Source: Mycoplasmatota bacterium WC44
GTDB taxonomy: Bacteria; Bacillota_I; Bacilli_A; MAG-NZ
NCBI GenBank assembly: GCA_046529715.1
Contig: CP134881.1
Coordinates: forward strand, 918,803-982,802
Direction of reading: 5' to 3'
Length of the DNA: 64,000 bases
Below are positions 59,143 to 64,000 of the stretch, piece by piece. The notes under the pieces are model-generated. The model had not been told where the DNA came from, ran no database searches, and saw only the letters and a list, made by a program, of their open reading frames with translations. Position 1 is the first letter of the stretch; every line of letters begins with the position of its first letter. Both the position numbers and the translations under genes were made by a program.

Positions 59143-59868
59143 GTGTTAGATATTTTATATTATATTTTGATAGGATTAGGTATTTTTGTTTTCTTAGTTC
59201 TTTTAACGATATTAGCATTTTATATGTATTTAAAATTATTGAAGAATAAGTACAAAAATTTACCTTATAATGATCCTAAATTAAGAAGAATTGTAAAGTT
59301 CGTTTCAAGGTTATTTGTTAGGGCTACAAGACTTAAATATAAATTAGTTGGTGGAGAAAAAGTACCAAAAGACAATTTCTTGTTTTATGGTAATCATCAA
59401 AGTGGAGTTGACCCTTTTATTTTATTATCAGAATTTGGAGATAGAGATTTAGGTGGACTAGCAAAAGAAGAATTAAAGAAAGTTCCTATAGTAAAGGATT
59501 GGCTTGGAATAAGAGGAATTTTACCATTAAATAGACATAATGCACGTAAAGGTGCAGAAACTATGGTTGAAGTAATAAAAAGAGCTAAAGATGGGCAACC
59601 TATGTTTGTTTTCCCAGAAGGTACAAGAAGTAAAACTGGAGACCTTCTAGATTTCAAACCTGGAGCTTTTAAATTAGCTTTAAAAAGTAAAAAGGATATT
59701 TATCCATTCGTAATGAATGGGTTAAATAAACATCGTTTTTATCATATAAAAAGAAGTAAATGCGAAGTTGAAATTCTAGATCCAATTACTTATGATGAGT
59801 ATTCAGATATGAGTACTAAAGAGTTAAGTAATTTAGTTAGAAGTCGTATTAAAGAAAATTTGGGGTGA
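59143..59868 (+). CDS. plsC: 1-acyl-sn-glycerol-3-phosphate acyltransferase-like (PlsC family)
   Basis: HX4D in NHQSGVD, plus VFPEGTRS. N-terminal TM. Confidence 0.7.
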   Translation: MLDILYYILIGLGIFVFLVLLTILAFYMYLKLLKNKYKNLPYNDPKLRRIVKFVSRLFVRATRLKYKLVGGEKVPKDNFLFYGNHQSGVDPFILLSEFGDRDLGGLAKEELKKVPIVKDWLGIRGILPLNRHNARKGAETMVEVIKRAKDGQPMFVFPEGTRSKTGDLLDFKPGAFKLALKSKKDIYPFVMNGLNKHRFYHIKRSKCEVEILDPITYDEYSDMSTKELSNLVRSRIKENLG

Positions 59869-59872
59869 AACA

Positions 59873-61168
59873 ATGCGTGTTGTAGATTTAATTGAGAAAA
59901 AAAGAGATAATATTGAGTTAAGTAATGAAGAAATTTCATTTATAATCCAAAATTATTCACAAGGAGAAGTACCAGAGTATCAAATGAGTGCTTTTCTAAT
60001 GGCTATATACTTTAATGGTATGACTAGCAAAGAGACATTTGCTTTAGTAAAAGAAATGTTAGAAAGCGGAGATCAAATTGATCTAAGTAGGATTGATGGA
60101 ATTAAACTTGATAAACATTCAACAGGTGGAGTTGGAGATAAAACTTCATTAGTTGTAGGTCCAATAGTAGCTAGTTGTGGTGCTAAATTAGCAAAAATGA
60201 GTGGTAGAGGGCTTGGTCATACAGGTGGTACTATTGATAAGTTAGAATCTATTAATGGATTTGATATATCATTAGAAGAAGATGAGTTCTTTAAACAAGT
60301 TAATGATATTGGAGTAGCAATAATAGGACAAACAAAGAACTTAGCACCTGCTGATAAAAAGCTTTATGCTTTAAGAGATGTTACAGGTACTGTTCCATCT
60401 ATTCCTTTGATAGCAGCTAGTATTATGAGTAAAAAGTTAGCTAGTGGTGCTGATAAAATTGTACTAGATGTAAAAGTAGGAAGTGGAGCCTTTATGAATA
60501 CTGTAGAAGAGGCTGAGGAATTAGCTAAAACTATGGTTGAGATTGGTACAAACTTTGGTAGAGAAGTTGTTGCTTTGATAACTGATATGGACCAACCATT
60601 AGGAAATGCCGTAGGTAATGCATTAGAAGTTAAAGAAGCAATTGATACTTTACTTGGAAATGGACCTAGTGATTTTACTGAGTTATGCTATGCAATTTGT
60701 GAAGAAATTCTTAAATTAGCTAAGATTGATAATCCTAGAGAAAAAATTAAAACTGTTATAGAAGATAAATCTGCTTATAACAAGTTCCTTGAGTTAATAG
60801 AAGCCCAAGGAGGAGATATTAATCAAGTTAAAAATGATTTACTACCTAAAGCTGACGAAATAGTCGAATATAAAGCAGCAGAAGCTGGATATATTTCTAA
60901 AATAAATACAAAAGAGATCGGTAGAGCTGCAATGTTACTTGGAGCTGGTCGTGAGAGTAAAGACGACATTATCGATATGAGTGTTGGTTTAGTTATTAAT
61001 GTTAAAATTGGAGATTACATAGAAAAAGGAGATTCTATTGCTAGCATCCATACTAACGGAAATATAGAAGAAGTTGTCAAAGTATTGAATGATTCTATTC
61101 ATATTTCAGAAGAAAAACCAAAAATAAACTCAATAATTCATAAAAAAATAGAAAAGAGTTCAAACTAG
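59873..61168 (+). CDS. pdp: pyrimidine-nucleoside phosphorylase
   Basis: DKHSTGGVGDK and further family II phosphorylase blocks. Confidence 0.85.
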   Translation: MRVVDLIEKKRDNIELSNEEISFIIQNYSQGEVPEYQMSAFLMAIYFNGMTSKETFALVKEMLESGDQIDLSRIDGIKLDKHSTGGVGDKTSLVVGPIVASCGAKLAKMSGRGLGHTGGTIDKLESINGFDISLEEDEFFKQVNDIGVAIIGQTKNLAPADKKLYALRDVTGTVPSIPLIAASIMSKKLASGADKIVLDVKVGSGAFMNTVEEAEELAKTMVEIGTNFGREVVALITDMDQPLGNAVGNALEVKEAIDTLLGNGPSDFTELCYAICEEILKLAKIDNPREKIKTVIEDKSAYNKFLELIEAQGGDINQVKNDLLPKADEIVEYKAAEAGYISKINTKEIGRAAMLLGAGRESKDDIIDMSVGLVINVKIGDYIEKGDSIASIHTNGNIEEVVKVLNDSIHISEEKPKINSIIHKKIEKSSN

Positions 61169-61181
61169 AACTCTTTTTTTC
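61153..61181 (+). terminator. terminator (the stop codon lies in the loop)
   Basis: aagagttc-aaacta-gaactctt hairpin followed by T7. Confidence 0.7.
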
Positions 61182-61208
61182 ATATATTTATTTGAAAGAG
61201 GTGAGTGA

Positions 61209-62339
61209 ATGAAGAAAATATTAATCACTTTTCTATTCACTGTAATATATGTATATTCGTCATTAAGTGTGAATGCAAATACAGAAATTATTGAAGATGG
61301 GCAAAGTAGTATCTTAATTGAAATGACTACAGGGAAGATTTTATATCAGAAAAATGCTCAAGAAATGAGAGCACCAGCAAGTATGACTAAAGTAATGACA
61401 ATGATACTTATATTAGAAGCGATAGAGAATGGACAATTTTCTTTTGATGATTTGCAAACAATAAGTGAAAATGCTGCAAGTCTTGGGGGATCGCAGATAT
61501 ATTTAGAAGCAGGAGAAGTGATGACAGTAAGAGATTTATTCAAATCAGTGGCGATATCAAGTGCCAATGATGCGGCAACTGCTCTAGCAGAAAAAGTAGC
61601 AGGTAGTGAGAAGGTATTTGTTGATTTAATGAATCAAAAAGTAAAAGAATTGGGATTATCATCAACACAGTTTAAAGATCCTACAGGTTTATCAGATGAA
61701 GGTCACTATACTAGTGCATATGATATGGCAATTATGGCACAATACTTACTTACAACTTATCCATACGTAACTGAGTATACTAACACTTACGAAGATTATG
61801 TTAGAGATGGTGACTTTTGGTTAGTTAATACTAATAAATTAGTTAGAAATGATGATATCGACGGGGTTAAAACTGGTTGGACCGAAGCTGCAGGATATTG
61901 TCTAACTGCAACAAAATTCAGTGATTCAATGAGAGTAATTGGAGTGATAATGGGTAGTACAAATACCAAGATTAGAAATGCAGAAATGCAGACTTTATTG
62001 AATTATGGTATGAGTAATTTTAACCTAACGCAAAAAATGGAAGAAGGATCTATTGTTAAGAGTGAAACTAATATAAACTTAGAACCTACAGAACTTAACT
62101 ATAGAATAAAATACCCAGTTAACATTGTATTAAGAAATGGAACTGAAATGGAAGAAGTCAAATATAAAATAGACATTAATTATGATAATCTAACATCAAA
62201 TAAAGATATTGGGAATCTATCAGTTTTCTATAACAATGAGATATATCAGGTTATTCCATTATATTTAGAAGAAGAAGTTGAAAAAACAAGTTACTTTGGT
62301 TTACTTAAGAAAGTACTCAAGTTAATGTTAGCTGTATAA
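61209..62339 (+). CDS. D-alanyl-D-alanine carboxypeptidase (DacF/DacB-like serine-type)
   Basis: Signal peptide. SxxK in PASMTK, SxN in SSAND, KTG in KTGWT. Confidence 0.8.
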   Translation: MKKILITFLFTVIYVYSSLSVNANTEIIEDGQSSILIEMTTGKILYQKNAQEMRAPASMTKVMTMILILEAIENGQFSFDDLQTISENAASLGGSQIYLEAGEVMTVRDLFKSVAISSANDAATALAEKVAGSEKVFVDLMNQKVKELGLSSTQFKDPTGLSDEGHYTSAYDMAIMAQYLLTTYPYVTEYTNTYEDYVRDGDFWLVNTNKLVRNDDIDGVKTGWTEAAGYCLTATKFSDSMRVIGVIMGSTNTKIRNAEMQTLLNYGMSNFNLTQKMEEGSIVKSETNINLEPTELNYRIKYPVNIVLRNGTEMEEVKYKIDINYDNLTSNKDIGNLSVFYNNEIYQVIPLYLEEEVEKTSYFGLLKKVLKLMLAV

Positions 62340-62352
62340 TAATAAACAAAGT

Positions 62353-62383
62353 AAAACTGCAATATATTATTGCAGTTTTTTTT
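62353..62383 (+). terminator. rho-independent terminator
   Basis: ctgcaatat-a-ttattgcag hairpin followed by T8. Confidence 0.85.
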
Positions 62384-62384
62384 A

Positions 62385-62421
62385 TATAGTAGGTGGGAGT
62401 TCAAATCTCTCCTGCTCCGCC
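62385..62421 (+). other. truncated tRNA 3' end (T-arm GGGAG-TTCAAAT-CTCTC, acceptor 3' strand CTGCTCC, discriminator G, CCA); no 5' half
   Basis: The T-loop and acceptor/CCA can be read directly. The ~40 nt upstream are occupied by the dac terminator and contain no matching GGAGCAG 5' strand. Confidence 0.45.
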
Positions 62422-62599
62422 ATAAAAATAATTCCGGATAACCAGGGTCAGTAAGAAGTCGTTTATTTTTTTTATTTCGTGCAAGAATAGAGATTTTCAT
62501 TTTATCTGGGTATAATCCCAGAATTAACATATTAACCCAATTATCGACAGATGATGACATTTTATTTTGATATTATATATTTGTTGAGTTGTAATCTCT

Positions 62600-62830
62600 A
62601 TGGAGGAAAAAGTCGAATCTGATAATTTGGTATATCATAATATAATTAGCGAGGATAAGTGGGGAGATAGATTACATAAATATTGCACGTTATCAAGAGG
62701 GAAGTACATCGACCATAAAGAATTTCTTTCTAGACTTCCCTTGAATAAAATAGAATCTTGCTCAAAAGGTAATGATTCAAATTTTCAAATTCAACATTTT
62801 ATTCTTGTGCTTGATACGAGATCAACTTGA
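62600..62830 (+). CDS. small hypothetical protein (76 aa)
   Basis: ORF with a weak RBS (GGAGG at 62602?). No motif. Low confidence. Confidence 0.3.
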   Translation: MEEKVESDNLVYHNIISEDKWGDRLHKYCTLSRGKYIDHKEFLSRLPLNKIESCSKGNDSNFQIQHFILVLDTRST

Positions 62831-62865
62831 ATATAATAATAATTTGATAGTAAGGAGGAAATTTA

Positions 62866-64000
62866 TGTTGGAAAAAAATAATGAAAAAGGTAATGTTTTG
62901 GTAAATTCTTTAATGGCATTAGTGCTTGCAGGTATTTTGTTAACTAGCATTTCCACTACTACAATCTCTTCTTATATAATTCATGATGAATTGTTTGATT
63001 GGTCAACTCAACTTAAAGAAGCTAGACTAGCTACACAAATTGTTATAGTCGACTCTGAGCATTACTTAATGAGTACAGAATATAGTTGGAATGGATTTAG
63101 AAATCACTTAATCAAGAACACCGGTAGCGAATGTGAATTGCTTGGACCAACTTCTTTACATCATGATGGACTTTTCCCTATAGAATGTACTGTAGGAGAA
63201 GTTACAATTAATACTGATATAATAATCAATTTTGAACCACCAAGCTTATATGACTATGTAATTGGAACTAATGGTGATTTATATTTGAATGGTACATCAT
63301 TAATTGGTGGTAATCTATTTGCAGAGAATATCTATTTATCTAACCACACATTAAATGGATCATCTGCATTATCACTTGATGAACCAATATCTATTAAACC
63401 TCTATTAGACAAAACAACTGATCCAGTAACTCAATATAATTATCCCTACTTCAACCTTGGTAGTACTATTGGAACAAATATTTACACTAATGATATATTT
63501 GGATGCCATGCTGATGAAGCTACCTCTTGTTATTCAATTAATTCCAACAATATAATGAAAAATACTTTTAATAGTGTTCTAAATTCAATAACCTTATATA
63601 CACATGAAAATAATCACGGTTATGATATTCCAACAATCAATACATCTTATGCTATTGGTTTACCTATTTTAGATTTAAGTGCAAAAGTAGATGAATTATT
63701 TGATTCTTTTACAGATGCCCATCATATAAATAATTATGGCGACACAATTGATCCATACTCGGTAACTACTTATAACTTAAGTGATGATATATTGTGTTAC
63801 ACTAACTTTTACAACGAACAAAATGATAGAGATGGGTATAATTGTAAAAACAAGAATTATCTATATACAACTTCATCAAATACACTCTCAAATACTATAC
63901 CATTAAAATTGACAATTGGTACTTCAAATTTCAGTTCAAGTACATTACCAGATACAGTATTTGCAGATCCTGGAAACACTAATTATTCTGTTACTGTAGA
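62866..64000 (+). CDS. partial (5' part) large protein with a class-III/pseudopilin-like N-terminus (MLEKNNEKG/NVLVNSLMALVLAGILL); runs past the window end
   Basis: RBS AAGGAGG at 62853-62859, ATG at 62866. Open to position 64000. The leader resembles ComGD-type NEEKG/FTLLESLLVLSLASILL but with F1N and E5N substitutions. Confidence 0.5.

Noticed and set aside
62385-62421. Complete tRNA or tmRNA gene
   Set aside because: Only the T-arm, acceptor 3' strand and CCA are present. The 5' acceptor strand GGAGCAG is absent upstream. The tmRNA length would place the start inside the dac coding sequence.
1-64000. CRISPR array or other long tandem DNA repeats
   Set aside because: Scanning intergenic regions shows only terminator hairpins, short operator palindromes and protein-level repeats. 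The protein-level repeats are the Pro-rich protein at 16145 and the XRE repeats at 30300-30650. There are no regularly spaced direct repeats.

Overview
This 64-kb window is AT-rich (roughly 30% GC by eye) and is densely coded, almost entirely on the + strand. It reads as a chromosomal region of a low-GC endospore-forming Firmicute, probably Bacillus-like. The evidence for that placement is yuaF-floT, ywaF, ymfF/ymfH-like, tlp and alpha/beta-type SASP homologues. No species can be assigned from sequence alone.

Gene order:
- Three tandem YheC/YheD-type ATP-grasp ligase paralogues, followed by a small protein with an acidic C-terminal tail.
- typA/bipA.
- A MerR regulator with a MATE efflux pump.
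- arsR-arsC-acr3 arsenic resistance.
- A YwaF-like membrane protein.
- An M23 lipoprotein peptidase.
- A second ATP-grasp pair on the minus strand.
- A spore-protein neighbourhood: tlp, a Pro/Gln-rich coat-like protein, a soluble PAS hybrid histidine kinase, a coat-like coiled-coil protein, an alpha/beta SASP and a decayed SASP copy.
- A MocR/PdxR-like regulator divergent from an ECF S-component-like gene.
- Two tandem fused ABC-ATPase/FtsX (MacB-like) transporters.
- A compact NifX-like / DUF134 / YedF-like / DUF3343 cluster with an operator-flanked promoter.
- An XRE regulator with yuaF(nfeD)-floT.
- An exopolysaccharide locus: Wzy_C/O-antigen-ligase-like, cyclase, galE/pelX-like, pelD-pelE-pelF-pelG. 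It has no pelA and is translationally coupled to a cotH / VTC-domain / DUF4956-like triad.
- Two different IS3-family insertion sequences, with inverted repeats and A_AAA_AAG frameshift sites. They bracket about 10 kb holding an MMPL transporter, rsuA, a DtxR/MntR-like regulator, a DAACS symporter, a nitroreductase, deoC and an M16 peptidase pair.
- ssb-like, thyA-dfrA, plsC-like, pdp and a dacF/dacB-like DD-carboxypeptidase.
- An orphan truncated tRNA 3' end after the dac terminator, then a small ORF and a partial large pseudopilin-like protein running off the window.

No CRISPR array, rRNA or complete tRNA was found. The strongest candidates for a previously undescribed system are the ATP-grasp tri-ligase module, the Pel-like locus fused to the cotH/VTC/DUF4956 triad, and the NifX/DUF134/YedF/DUF3343 cluster.
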